A stretch of 43,433 nt of DNA from Alphaproteobacteria bacterium UBA3650. Its GTDB lineage: Bacteria > Pseudomonadota > Alphaproteobacteria > CAAHEQ01 > UBA3637. Shown piece after piece: positions 1 to 9,092 of the stretch. The notes under the pieces were generated by a model that did no database searches, was not told where the DNA came from, and was given only the letters and a program-made list of their open reading frames with translations. Both the position numbers and the translations under genes were made by a program. Location: positions 1-43,433 of the forward strand of contig DFKH01000096.1 of NCBI GenBank assembly GCA_002373815.1, in the 5' to 3' direction. Every line of letters begins with the position of its first letter. The first letter of the stretch is position 1.

Positions 1-1148
1 AAGTAATCGCGCACAGCGTGGTTCAATCAAAGGGAATTCAAATTGGCACGATTTGGGATATAGAGGCGGCTAAATTATGCGTAGACAACGCCCTACGACA
101 AGCTGAAAAAATGGCAGGCAGAACTATTTCAAGTGTCTTTGTCAATATCTCATCCAGCCAAATAAAATCCATTCAATTATATGATGAAATGGACATTCCT
201 GGTGGACGAGCCATCACAAGTGATGATGTGCGTCAACTTGTCAACAGTATGCTTGCTTCACAAATACCCGCTGACGAAGAAATTTTACACGCCATCCCCG
301 TTGGATATTCTGTTGATCATGAACAAGGGCGATCCGACCCTCGTGGTATTCATGGCAATACTTTAGGGGCAAGAATTCACGTCATTACAATTCCCGAAAC
401 ACAAACAATGAACTTGTTAAAAGTTCTAGACTGGTGCCATATCACTGTTGCTGCCAAAGTGGCTACCCCATATGCCAGCGCTTTAGCTGTTCTAAATGAA
501 GATGAAATGGATTTAGGAACAACCGTCATTGATTTCGGCGCAGGATCCACAAGTTATGCTATTTTAATTGGGGGCGGACTCATGCAACTGGGACTAATAC
601 CCCGTGGTGGAAACGATATTACACGCGCCATCGCTCAAAATTTTAATACCGATTTACAAAGTGCAGAAAGCCGCAAAGTCGTCAATGGTGCAGCTATGCT
701 ATCTCCTCGCGATGAATTGGAACCTGTGATTGTGCCTGTTTTAGGCGATGATACAGGGGCAAACAATCAAGTGATGAGATCTGATTTAATCGGGACAATC
801 TTGCCATGTTTAGACGCCATTTTAACGACTCTCGCCCAACAACTGAATGAAGACACCACTTTTTCATCAGTGGCAAATCGTTTTGTTTTAACGGGGGGTG
901 GAGCTGGTTTTGCTGGTTTAACTGAAAAAATTAGTACCCTTTTGGGGGGAAATGCAAGGATTGGCAAAATAAAACAAATAAAAAACTTGCCAAACAAATA
1001 TGATTCGTGTACATTTAATATATGCATCGGTTTATTGGTTTATGCCAAAATGCGTATGCAAAACAAAGTGTTGGATGATTTTCAAGAAAAGCCTACCGTT
1101 GTCGGTTGGTTCGGAAAGGTAAAGGAATGGCTGAAACAAAACCTGTAG
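1..1148 (+). CDS. ftsA: Cell division protein FtsA, 5' end outside the window
   Basis: The frame stays open from base 3, and the GTG at 18 is only the first start-like codon. The actin-like ATPase fold shows in motifs such as DFGAGSTS and LTGGGAG. The gene lies immediately upstream of ftsZ and overlaps it. About 45 N-terminal residues appear to be missing. Confidence 0.85.
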   Translation, partial: VIAHSVVQSKGIQIGTIWDIEAAKLCVDNALRQAEKMAGRTISSVFVNISSSQIKSIQLYDEMDIPGGRAITSDDVRQLVNSMLASQIPADEEILHAIPVGYSVDHEQGRSDPRGIHGNTLGARIHVITIPETQTMNLLKVLDWCHITVAAKVATPYASALAVLNEDEMDLGTTVIDFGAGSTSYAILIGGGLMQLGLIPRGGNDITRAIAQNFNTDLQSAESRKVVNGAAMLSPRDELEPVIVPVLGDDTGANNQVMRSDLIGTILPCLDAILTTLAQQLNEDTTFSSVANRFVLTGGGAGFAGLTEKISTLLGGNARIGKIKQIKNLPNKYDSCTFNICIGLLVYAKMRMQNKVLDDFQEKPTVVGWFGKVKEWLKQNL

Positions 1149-2623
1149 ATATGACAAACACATTGGGTATCACATTGGCAACCCCTCCCCCAGAAGTCCT
1201 ATTGACACCAAATATTGGAGTCATTGGTGTCGGTGGCGCAGGTGGAAATGCTGTCAACAACATGATTTCTTCCAATCTAACAGGTGTGAATTTCTTTGCC
1301 GCTAATACAGACGCGCAAGCTTTGTCAAAATCATTATGTTCTGAACGCATCCAGTTGGGCGTCAAAACAACCCAAGGATTAGGGGCTGGAGCCCATCCTG
1401 AAGTTGGCAAAGCCTCAGCCGAAGAATCTGCCGATAAAATCAAGGAAGAAATTACAGGACTTCATTTACTTTTTTTGGCTGCCGGTATGGGAGGTGGCAC
1501 TGGAACAGGCGCCCTTCCTGTTATTGCAAAAATGGCAAAAGAAATGGGCATTATGACAGTAGCAGTTGTTTCAACTCCTTTCCAAATGGAAGGGAAAAAA
1601 CGCATGGAAATTGCCAAAGCAGGCATTGAAGAAGTGAAAAAATATGTGGACACAATGATTGTTGTGCCGAATCAAAATCTTTTCCGTGTTGCAAAACCAG
1701 ATACCACTTTTGAAGAAGCATTTAAAATGGCAGATGATGTTTTATGTCAAGGAGTCCGTTCCATTACTGATTTAATTATGAATCCAGGTATTGTGAACTT
1801 GGACTTTGCCGACCTCACAACCATCTTAAAGGGTATGGGACGCGCCATGATGGGCTCAGGCATTGCCTCTGGTGAAAATCGTGCAACCATCGCTGCCGAA
1901 AAAGCGCTTTCTAATCCATTATTAGACGATATGTCTATGAAAGGCGCACGCTGTGTTTTAATCAATGTATGTGCTGGCAAAGATTTAACTTTGGTTGAAA
2001 ACGATATTATCACTCAACGCATAACCGAAGAGGCAGATCCAGACGCAAATATTATTTGGGGAACAACATTAAATGAAAATTTAGCAGGATCCATTCAAGT
2101 TTCCATTGTGGCAACAGGTTTAGATCCTCAACAATCTCAAACACCTCCAAATGTGATTCACGCAACACCAAACAAAACAGAAATTACGCCTCCGGCCAAT
2201 CCTGTTCCTCCAATCAATTTAACACCAGCAACACCTAATCCAGTTCAGGAAGAACCTCCGTTGATTCCACAGAACATTTTTGACTTCACTTCAACACCTA
2301 AAATGCCTCAAGCAGCAGCAGAAAGCTTGGTTATAGAAGGAACGGAGCAACCTGCCACACAACAGGAAACATTGTTGCCAAACACACCGCCTCAAATTGG
2401 TCCTGTGGAAGAAATTGCCACAACAGTTCAATCAGAAGACCCTATCAATTTAGAGCATGAAACGGCAAAATCAAACGTCACTTCCGTAAAAACGAATTTA
2501 TTCAATTTAGTTCCTAACTTACGAAATTTGCGTAACATTAAACCTCGTGATTCTCAAAAGAACAAAGAGAAAGAGCCCCCTTTGCCTGAGTTAGATTTAA
2601 CAATTCCAAGTTTTTTTAAATAG
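1127..2623 (+). CDS. ftsZ: Cell division GTPase FtsZ with a long P/Q-rich linker and a conserved C-terminal peptide
   Basis: Contains the tubulin signature GVGGAGGNAVNNM and the GGGTGTG loop. A roughly 150-aa proline-rich linker ends in a C-terminal LDLTIPSFFK peptide. I chose the ATG at 1127 (MAETKP) over the upstream TTG of the ORF track. Confidence 0.95.
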   Translation: MAETKPVDMTNTLGITLATPPPEVLLTPNIGVIGVGGAGGNAVNNMISSNLTGVNFFAANTDAQALSKSLCSERIQLGVKTTQGLGAGAHPEVGKASAEESADKIKEEITGLHLLFLAAGMGGGTGTGALPVIAKMAKEMGIMTVAVVSTPFQMEGKKRMEIAKAGIEEVKKYVDTMIVVPNQNLFRVAKPDTTFEEAFKMADDVLCQGVRSITDLIMNPGIVNLDFADLTTILKGMGRAMMGSGIASGENRATIAAEKALSNPLLDDMSMKGARCVLINVCAGKDLTLVENDIITQRITEEADPDANIIWGTTLNENLAGSIQVSIVATGLDPQQSQTPPNVIHATPNKTEITPPANPVPPINLTPATPNPVQEEPPLIPQNIFDFTSTPKMPQAAAESLVIEGTEQPATQQETLLPNTPPQIGPVEEIATTVQSEDPINLEHETAKSNVTSVKTNLFNLVPNLRNLRNIKPRDSQKNKEKEPPLPELDLTIPSFFK

Positions 2624-3551
2624 ATAAAAACCGATTTTGGCGATTCGCCACCAATTCTTCTGGTGCCATTTTTTGTAATTTCACCAAATGTTTTGAGATA
2701 ACCTCAGCGACCGTTGTCATTGTTTCTTTCGGATATCTGTGCGCGCCACCAATGGGTTCTGGAATGACCTCTTCCACAATACCCATTTTCAACATATCAA
2801 CAGCCGTCAAATGCAAAATTTCTGTGGCTTTTTGAGCATATTTAAAATCTTTCCACAAAATAGAAGCACATCCTTCTGGCGAAATCACCGAATAAATCGC
2901 ATTTTCTAACATCAATACCACATTCCCAGAAGCTAAAGCTAAAGCGCCACCACTTCCACCTTCTCCAATAATGCAAGAAATAACAGGTACTTTTAAATTC
3001 AATGAAGTTTCAATACAGGATGCAATGGCTTGTCCCTGCCCTCGTGCCTCAGCCTCCACACCAGGGAACGCACCGGCCGTATCCACCAAAGCAATAACGG
3101 GAATACCATATTGTTCTGCCAATTTCATCAAGCGAATTGCTTTACGATACCCCTCTGGTCTTGCCATACCAAAATTATGTTGAATACGACTTTCGGTATC
3201 ATGCCCTTTTTCTTGCCCCATAACCATCACTGTTTGTCCATTCAACTTAGCTAAACCAGCAATAATCGCCTCATCTTCAGCAGCCACACGATCACCAGCC
3301 AACATTTCAAAATCTGTAAAAATATGACGAATATAATCCTCTGTATGAGGACGTGCCTCGTGACGGGCTACTTCTGCTTTTTGCCAAGGTGTCAACTTTT
3401 CATATGCCGCCCGAATAACGCGAGCCCGCTTAGTCGTCAACCTTTTAACCTCCAATTGATTCTTGTCCAACAAGGCCTTCTCTCCACTCGTCAAACGCGC
3501 CAAGCGATCATCAATTACCTTAATAGGACGTTCAAAATCAAGATATTGCAT
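2616..3551 (-). CDS. accA: Acetyl-CoA carboxylase carboxyltransferase alpha subunit
   Basis: N-terminus MQYLDFERPI plus the IIGEGGSGGALA motif, which are typical of AccA. The start is set at the internal ATG (3551) that matches homolog N-termini. Confidence 0.9.
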   Translation of the reverse strand: MQYLDFERPIKVIDDRLARLTSGEKALLDKNQLEVKRLTTKRARVIRAAYEKLTPWQKAEVARHEARPHTEDYIRHIFTDFEMLAGDRVAAEDEAIIAGLAKLNGQTVMVMGQEKGHDTESRIQHNFGMARPEGYRKAIRLMKLAEQYGIPVIALVDTAGAFPGVEAEARGQGQAIASCIETSLNLKVPVISCIIGEGGSGGALALASGNVVLMLENAIYSVISPEGCASILWKDFKYAQKATEILHLTAVDMLKMGIVEEVIPEPIGGAHRYPKETMTTVAEVISKHLVKLQKMAPEELVANRQNRFLSI

Positions 3552-3629
3552 TTTTATCCTTTTTGTTTGCTTTTTTATATTATACAAGTTATACTTTCAA
3601 ATGTCCAGTATTTTAACAAGGAGTGTTGT

Positions 3630-3911
3630 ATGGCCCCATATTTATTCTGGGAATTGATTATTTTGATTATCGGCGTCTGGATGATGGCTGTGTTGTTCTT
3701 TGTGTATGGATGGTTGCTGTTAAGACGACAAAAACAAATGATGTTGGAATTGATGCACACCAAGGTGGAAGAAACAACAAAAGAAACACTCGAATCCACA
3801 CCACCACCAACCGTACATTTAGAAATTTCAAAAGATGAACCCCTCAGTAAATATAAAGATATTGCACCAGAAACAATCGAAGATGTATCTTTTGTGGATC
3901 AAGAAAAATGA
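3630..3911 (+). CDS. Small single-pass membrane protein (93 aa), function unknown
   Basis: AAGGAG sits 6 nt upstream of the ATG at 3630. The product has a hydrophobic N-terminal helix (LFWELIILIIGVWMMAVLFFVYGWLLL) followed by an acidic tail. Its stop overlaps the next start as ATGA. The longer ORF-track version (from 3324) runs antisense through accA and was trimmed. Confidence 0.5.
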   Translation: MAPYLFWELIILIIGVWMMAVLFFVYGWLLLRRQKQMMLELMHTKVEETTKETLESTPPPTVHLEISKDEPLSKYKDIAPETIEDVSFVDQEK

Positions 3912-5656
3912 AAATTGCACTTTTCATTTTATTGATGTGGACATTACCAGCTTTTGCTAGCCATGGCTTAGCACTTCATGGAGAACCACTACTTCCCAAA
4001 GATTTTGCACATTTTGATTATGTCAATCCATCTGCCAACAAAGAAGGAGTTTTAAAAGCCTCTATGCCGCATGGATTTGATACATTAAATCCTTTTTCAA
4101 TCAATGGCATTCCGCCCGCAGGAATTGGATTGACACACGATACATTGATGAAAGCCAACGCAAATGAACCATTTTCACAATATGGTCTGATTGCACAAGA
4201 TATTGCTTTGTCTTTTAATCGTGACACAGTGACATTTACATTAAATCCAAACGCAACATTTAATGATAATTCTCCCATTACAACAGAAGATGTTGCTTTT
4301 TCATTTCACACCCTGCGTGAAAAAGGTCCCCCCTTATATCGGGCCTATTACCAAGACGTAGAATCGGTGAAAATTTTAACCCCTTACAAGATCCAATTTA
4401 AATTGAAAAACACAAACAATCGAGAATTACCTTTGATTTTAGGTCAGCTTCCTGTATTATCAAAAAAATACTGGGAAAACAAAGAGTTTTCAAAAACAAC
4501 AATGGAAATTCCTGTCTCCAGCGGTCCCTATCTGATAAAAGATTTAGAACCCAATCGAAGCATTACTTATATACGAAATCCACACTATTGGGCAAAAAAT
4601 TTAAATGTGAATGTTGGATTTTATAATTTCAAAGAAATCAAATATGATACCTATCTAGATACGACCGTTATAGTTGAAGCTTTTCGTTCTGGTTTAACTG
4701 ATTACCATATTGAAAATGTGGCAAAACGATGGGCGTCAGAACAATCTTGGCCCGAAGTCAAAACGGGGCAAATTATTGCCACAGAAATACCACATCATCT
4801 GCCAAGTGGTATGCAAGGTTTTGTCTTTAATCTGCGCAACCCATTGTTTCAAGACATTCGCGTACGACAAGCGTTAACAAAAGTCCTTGATTTTAATTGG
4901 ATCAATCAGAATTTATTTTTTGGTCTTTATCAACGAACAACAAGCTTTTTTGATAATTCCAATTTAAAAGCACCGCCTTTGCCAGATCAAACAGAATTAA
5001 AATTATTAAAACCTTACGAACAAGAACTCCCAAAAGGAACATTGACAACACCTTTTACTTTACCAAATTTACCCCCACGACAAGCATTAAGAGAGGCATT
5101 AGATTTACTGGAACAAGCAGGATGGCAAATAAAAGATAATATTTTACAAAAAGACGGAAAATCCTTTCAATTTACGCTTCTCATGGATGCAGTATCCTCA
5201 CCTGTTTGGGAACGAATCGCCTTGCCATTCGTCGCACAATTAAAACGTCTGGGCATCCAAGTCAATATTCAAACATTAGATCTCTTGCAATACAAACAAC
5301 GTCTAGATCATTTTGATTATGATATGATTGTGTTTGTTTGGGCCAATTCTTTATCCCCAGGTAATGAACAAGCAGATTATTGGGGTTCAGACGCCGCAGA
5401 CACAATCGGCAGTACGAATTTAACGGGGCTTAAAAACAAAGCCGTCGATGCCTTAATTGACAAAATTAAATCTGCAAAAACGCAACAGGAATTGATTACC
5501 GCCACACACGCTTTGGATCGCATTCTTTTACATTTGTATCTTGTTATTCCTCATTGGTATAGCCCTACCACACGCTTATTACATAAATCAGATCTTGTTT
5601 CACCCAAAACAATTCCTTTACATGGAATGGATCTCATGACTTGGTGGAAAAAATAA
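3908..5656 (+). CDS. ABC-transporter substrate-binding protein, family 5 (peptide / YejA-like)
   Basis: Signal peptide MKIALFILLMWTLPAFA. At 582 aa, its size and sequence pattern fit periplasmic family-5 oligopeptide / microcin C-type binding proteins. Confidence 0.7.
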   Translation: MKIALFILLMWTLPAFASHGLALHGEPLLPKDFAHFDYVNPSANKEGVLKASMPHGFDTLNPFSINGIPPAGIGLTHDTLMKANANEPFSQYGLIAQDIALSFNRDTVTFTLNPNATFNDNSPITTEDVAFSFHTLREKGPPLYRAYYQDVESVKILTPYKIQFKLKNTNNRELPLILGQLPVLSKKYWENKEFSKTTMEIPVSSGPYLIKDLEPNRSITYIRNPHYWAKNLNVNVGFYNFKEIKYDTYLDTTVIVEAFRSGLTDYHIENVAKRWASEQSWPEVKTGQIIATEIPHHLPSGMQGFVFNLRNPLFQDIRVRQALTKVLDFNWINQNLFFGLYQRTTSFFDNSNLKAPPLPDQTELKLLKPYEQELPKGTLTTPFTLPNLPPRQALREALDLLEQAGWQIKDNILQKDGKSFQFTLLMDAVSSPVWERIALPFVAQLKRLGIQVNIQTLDLLQYKQRLDHFDYDMIVFVWANSLSPGNEQADYWGSDAADTIGSTNLTGLKNKAVDALIDKIKSAKTQQELITATHALDRILLHLYLVIPHWYSPTTRLLHKSDLVSPKTIPLHGMDLMTWWKK

Positions 5657-5717
5657 AATTTGTGCTTGATATTCCTAAAAAAAACGTGTATGAATAGTAT
5701 TAAAGAGGGTCTTTTCG

Positions 5718-6353
5718 ATGAAAAAATTATTGCTTTTAGGCTTTATCTTAGCAACCACAACAGCTTCTGCCCAGAATCTGTTTTGGAGCTTTAACGACAA
5801 GCAAGAGCCAATGACCATCGCCCCAGAATGTGATGCCAAATTTGATGAAGTCAGAGGGGGCGTATTTATGCCCACAGTAGAAGATGTCTATCAATATGGC
5901 ACCATTTTTTTGGAAAATCCATCGGATGAAATCAAACGGCAAGCCCCTTATTGTTTTTTGGTAGCAGCCTTAAACGGCAATGCGGACGCCCAATTTCAAT
6001 TGGCTCAATTATACAACAAGGGTGACATTTTGCCTCAAGATGATTTAAGTGCTTATAAATGGGCATTTATTGCCGCCCTAAATGGAAATAAAGAGGCAGA
6101 AAAATTTACGTTAAGTTTGGAACAATTCCTTACAACAGCTGATTTAGAAGCAACCAGCGGCGCAATTCAGTCGGCTCGGTTACAAATTCAAGAAAATATG
6201 CAAAAACAATTAGCTGACTTAAAACAACTGACAGGAACATTAACAAATCCAGAGGATAAGAAAGACACCAAAACAACGGCCGTACGTCCAGGAAATCTAG
6301 CCCCTTTACCAACTTCCTTGACACAAATTTTTTCAGACAAGGATCATTTTTAA
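5718..6353 (+). CDS. Secreted Sel1-like (SLR/TPR) repeat protein
   Basis: Signal peptide MKKLLLLGFILATTTASA. Two adjacent Sel1-type repeats are visible (AALNGNADAQFQLAQLYNKG and AALNGNKEAEKF). Confidence 0.6.
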   Translation: MKKLLLLGFILATTTASAQNLFWSFNDKQEPMTIAPECDAKFDEVRGGVFMPTVEDVYQYGTIFLENPSDEIKRQAPYCFLVAALNGNADAQFQLAQLYNKGDILPQDDLSAYKWAFIAALNGNKEAEKFTLSLEQFLTTADLEATSGAIQSARLQIQENMQKQLADLKQLTGTLTNPEDKKDTKTTAVRPGNLAPLPTSLTQIFSDKDHF

Positions 6354-6691
6354 TGAAATTTCTTTTTGTCCTGCTCATCCTTTTTTCTTTTGGTGTGAGG
6401 GCCGCATTTATCAACGGATCTGATGTCCCCCTCATGGACGAGCTGATTATTGATGAAAACGACAGCTTTTCTTTTGATTCACCCGAAGGACAAATAATGA
6501 CCGTTACAGCACACACAAAGGCATCTCCAAAAGAAATTTTAAAATTTTACACAGAAAGTCTATCATCCTTAGGATGGCAAAAGACGTCTCAAACAACTTA
6601 TCGCCGAGATCAAGACGAGTTGACATTGCAAATCCTTTCTGGAAAAGCATTGACAACACTGAAACTTCAACTGACCTTTGCAAACAAATAA
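6353..6691 (+). CDS. Small secreted hypothetical protein (112 aa)
   Basis: Signal peptide MKFLFVLLILFSFGVRA. The start overlaps the upstream stop by 1 nt (TAATG). No recognisable domain. Confidence 0.45.
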   Translation: MKFLFVLLILFSFGVRAAFINGSDVPLMDELIIDENDSFSFDSPEGQIMTVTAHTKASPKEILKFYTESLSSLGWQKTSQTTYRRDQDELTLQILSGKALTTLKLQLTFANK

Positions 6692-6699
6692 AAAAGGTA

Positions 6700-6728
6700 T
6701 TGACTTTTAAATTTAATTTTTGTATAAT
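6700..6728 (+). promoter_or_regulatory. Sigma70-type promoter for rpsT (TTGACT, 17 nt, TATAAT)
   Basis: The -35 TTGACT is at 6700-6705 and the -10 TATAAT at 6723-6728, with an exact 17-nt spacer. It lies about 45 nt upstream of the rpsT ATG. Confidence 0.6.
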
Positions 6729-6770
6729 AAAGACCTGTTTAAACAATTTTATTTTGAGGATTTTTGAAAA

Positions 6771-7037
6771 ATGGCAAATTTACGTTCTTCCAAGACCCGC
6801 GTCGGTCGGAATAAAAGAAGAGAGCAAGTGAACAAAAAACGTTTAAGTTCTGTGCGCACTGCTGTCAAACAAACCCGTGCGGCGATTGCTGCCGGTGACA
6901 AAGAGACAGCTCAAAAAGCATTTAAAAAAGCCGAAGGATCTTTGGCACGTGCTGCAGGAAAAAGAACTATTAAAAAACGTACTGCTGCCCGTCAAACATC
7001 TCGTTTGGCCGCTGCGGTAAAAGCTCTTTTCAAATAA
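6771..7037 (+). CDS. rpsT: 30S ribosomal protein S20
   Basis: An 88-aa, very basic protein with the MANLRSSKTR N-terminus typical of S20. Confidence 0.9.
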   Translation: MANLRSSKTRVGRNKRREQVNKKRLSSVRTAVKQTRAAIAAGDKETAQKAFKKAEGSLARAAGKRTIKKRTAARQTSRLAAAVKALFK

Positions 7038-7060
7038 TCAAGCTTAAAAAGATTCAAAGG

Positions 7061-7085
7061 CCCGCCAAAAAGGCGGGTTTTTTGT
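7061..7085 (+). terminator. Rho-independent terminator of rpsT
   Basis: CCCGCC, AAAAA loop, GGCGGG hairpin followed by TTTTTTT. Confidence 0.8.
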
Positions 7086-7161
7086 TATTTTTTTACCCCA
7101 AAACACTTGACATAACGCCAAAAATCTGCTTTTATTCAATAAAGAACAGAAAGGCGAAAAA

Positions 7162-7998
7162 ATGCATTCAAATTTATTTTTAAGAATTATGTCTTCTTTA
7201 GTGTTCGTTCCCATAGTCTTGGGATCTATCTGGTATGGCCGAAGCGCTTATGAAGATTACTCTATCCCATTGTTCAATATTTTCTTGGCGTGCCTTGGGG
7301 CGGGTTTTGCATGGGAATGGGATACAATGTTCAACAAAAAAATAACGATTAACAGTGTTTTAATGACCCTTTTTGCTTGTTTAGTCGTTTTTTTAACGGA
7401 AGATCGTCCCACTTTTGCATTGTGGATTATTTTAGCTGGTATCACAACTTTATTCTATAAAACAAAAGGACAACTAGCTTTTTCATTAGGCATGGCCTAC
7501 ATCGGTCTGCCTTTAGCTTCTCTTAGCTATCTATATCATACCAATGGTCACGTAAGTCGTGAGTTAGTCCTATGGTTATTCTTTGTTGTATGGGCAACAG
7601 ATGTTGGGGGATACGTCGTTGGTAAATCGATAGGGGGCCCCAAATTAGCACCAAAAATTAGTCCCAAAAAAACTTGGGCGGGTTTAATTGGCGCCATTTG
7701 CTTTGCCATGGCCATTGCTTATATTTTTGCCCTTTATTTAAAAGCGCATGGATACATGAGCGGAGATTTTATTTTTAATACAAAAATGTTAGTTGTTTCA
7801 TCTGGGATTTTGGCCGTTATTTCCCAAATCGGGGACTTATTTGAATCTTATATCAAACGCCGTTTGGAAATGAAAGATTCTAGCAATATTATCCCAGGTC
7901 AAGGCGGATTATTCGACCGCTTTGATGGACTAATTTTTGCGGCTTGTGCCGTTGCTATTGCGGTAATGTTTATGGGAGAAAGTTGGTGGACACCATGA
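7162..7998 (+). CDS. cdsA: Phosphatidate cytidylyltransferase (CDP-diglyceride synthase)
   Basis: A multi-pass membrane protein with the C-terminal signature SxxKRxxxxKDxxxxIPGxGGxxDRxD (here SYIKRRLEMKDSSNIIPGQGGLFDRFD). Its position upstream of rseP-bamA also fits. Confidence 0.85.
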   Translation: MHSNLFLRIMSSLVFVPIVLGSIWYGRSAYEDYSIPLFNIFLACLGAGFAWEWDTMFNKKITINSVLMTLFACLVVFLTEDRPTFALWIILAGITTLFYKTKGQLAFSLGMAYIGLPLASLSYLYHTNGHVSRELVLWLFFVVWATDVGGYVVGKSIGGPKLAPKISPKKTWAGLIGAICFAMAIAYIFALYLKAHGYMSGDFIFNTKMLVVSSGILAVISQIGDLFESYIKRRLEMKDSSNIIPGQGGLFDRFDGLIFAACAVAIAVMFMGESWWTP

Positions 7999-9092
7999 TA
8001 ACAACATTGCTTTATTTATTGGCTTTTGTTTTAGTCTTATCCCTCGTCGTCATTGTTCACGAAGGGGGACATTTTGCGGTTGCTCGTCTGTGTGGCGTCA
8101 AAGTGACTGAATTTGCCATGGGCTTTGGCAAAAAGCTGTTTTCCAAAACAGATAAGCATGGGACAGCATGGCAATTGCGCTTAGTTCCATTGGGGGGCTA
8201 TGTAAAAATGCTAGGAGATGAAGATGCAGCCAGTGCGAAATCTTCAGACAAAGACATTCCAGAAGAAGATAAAGACAAAACATTTATGTCCAAAAATTTG
8301 GCTCAACGCGCCGCTATTATATTTGCAGGACCTGCCATGAATTACATCTTTGCGTTTGTTTTACTGGTCGGATTATTCTGGGGTGTTGGGGAAGTCATAA
8401 TAAAACCTGTTGTGGGATCGGTTATGCCAAATTCCGCCGCCGCAGAAGCTGGACTACAACCGCATGATGAAATTATTAGTATTAATGATATGTCTATTGA
8501 ATCCTTTGCTGACATTCAACGAAAAGTCTTGCTGACGAACTATGGACAAGAATTGACTTTAAAAATCAAAAGAAATGATGAAACACTTTCCGTCGCACTA
8601 ACACCTCGTATAGAGAAAAAAACAGAAAAACCCTTGATAGGCATTACAGCGGCTGGGGAAACAGTGATCATCAATAAAAATCTTTCTTTTTGGGATTCAT
8701 GCAAGAAATCGATATCAACTATTTACGAAACAACACGTGATACATTGGTTTACTTGGGGCAAGTTTTAACGGGAAAACGCACCCCGAAAGATATGCGTGG
8801 ACCACTGGGTATTGCGGAAGCATCAGGAGATGCCTTATTGGGTGGTTTTATTTCCCTAGTTGCCTTTGTGGCTCAAATTTCCATAGCTATTGGTTTGATG
8901 AACTTGTTGCCCATTCCCTTATTGGATGGAGGACATTTGTTTTTGTACGCCATTGAAGCAATTCGGCGCAAACCATTAACCGAAAAAATGCAAACAGCTA
9001 TTATGTGGGCGGGCCTTTGCATTTTAATGACAATCTTCGCCTACACAATGCTTCTGGATATTCCCAGAATTATACAAAGGGTGGTCGGATGA
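7995..9092 (+). CDS. rseP: RIP zinc metalloprotease RseP (M50 family) with a PDZ domain
   Basis: HEGGH zinc motif in the first TM helix and a C-terminal NLLPIPLLDGGH motif. ATGA overlap with the cdsA stop. The start is set at 7995 (MITTLLYLL). Confidence 0.85.
   Translation: MITTLLYLLAFVLVLSLVVIVHEGGHFAVARLCGVKVTEFAMGFGKKLFSKTDKHGTAWQLRLVPLGGYVKMLGDEDAASAKSSDKDIPEEDKDKTFMSKNLAQRAAIIFAGPAMNYIFAFVLLVGLFWGVGEVIIKPVVGSVMPNSAAAEAGLQPHDEIISINDMSIESFADIQRKVLLTNYGQELTLKIKRNDETLSVALTPRIEKKTEKPLIGITAAGETVIINKNLSFWDSCKKSISTIYETTRDTLVYLGQVLTGKRTPKDMRGPLGIAEASGDALLGGFISLVAFVAQISIAIGLMNLLPIPLLDGGHLFLYAIEAIRRKPLTEKMQTAIMWAGLCILMTIFAYTMLLDIPRIIQRVVG

Noticed and set aside
2100-2600. The proline/glutamine-rich region of ftsZ, and the Lys/Glu/Ala-rich N-terminus of infB (25900-26400), as possible repeat elements.
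   Set aside because: These are the normal intrinsically disordered linkers of FtsZ (long in alphaproteobacteria) and IF-2. They are not DNA-level repeats.
3324-3629. The N-terminal 102 aa of the 195-aa ORF-track entry 3324..3911.
   Set aside because: This part is antisense to the 5' end of accA and crosses its promoter region. A good AAGGAG plus ATG at 3630 gives a coherent small membrane protein, so only the 3' part was kept.
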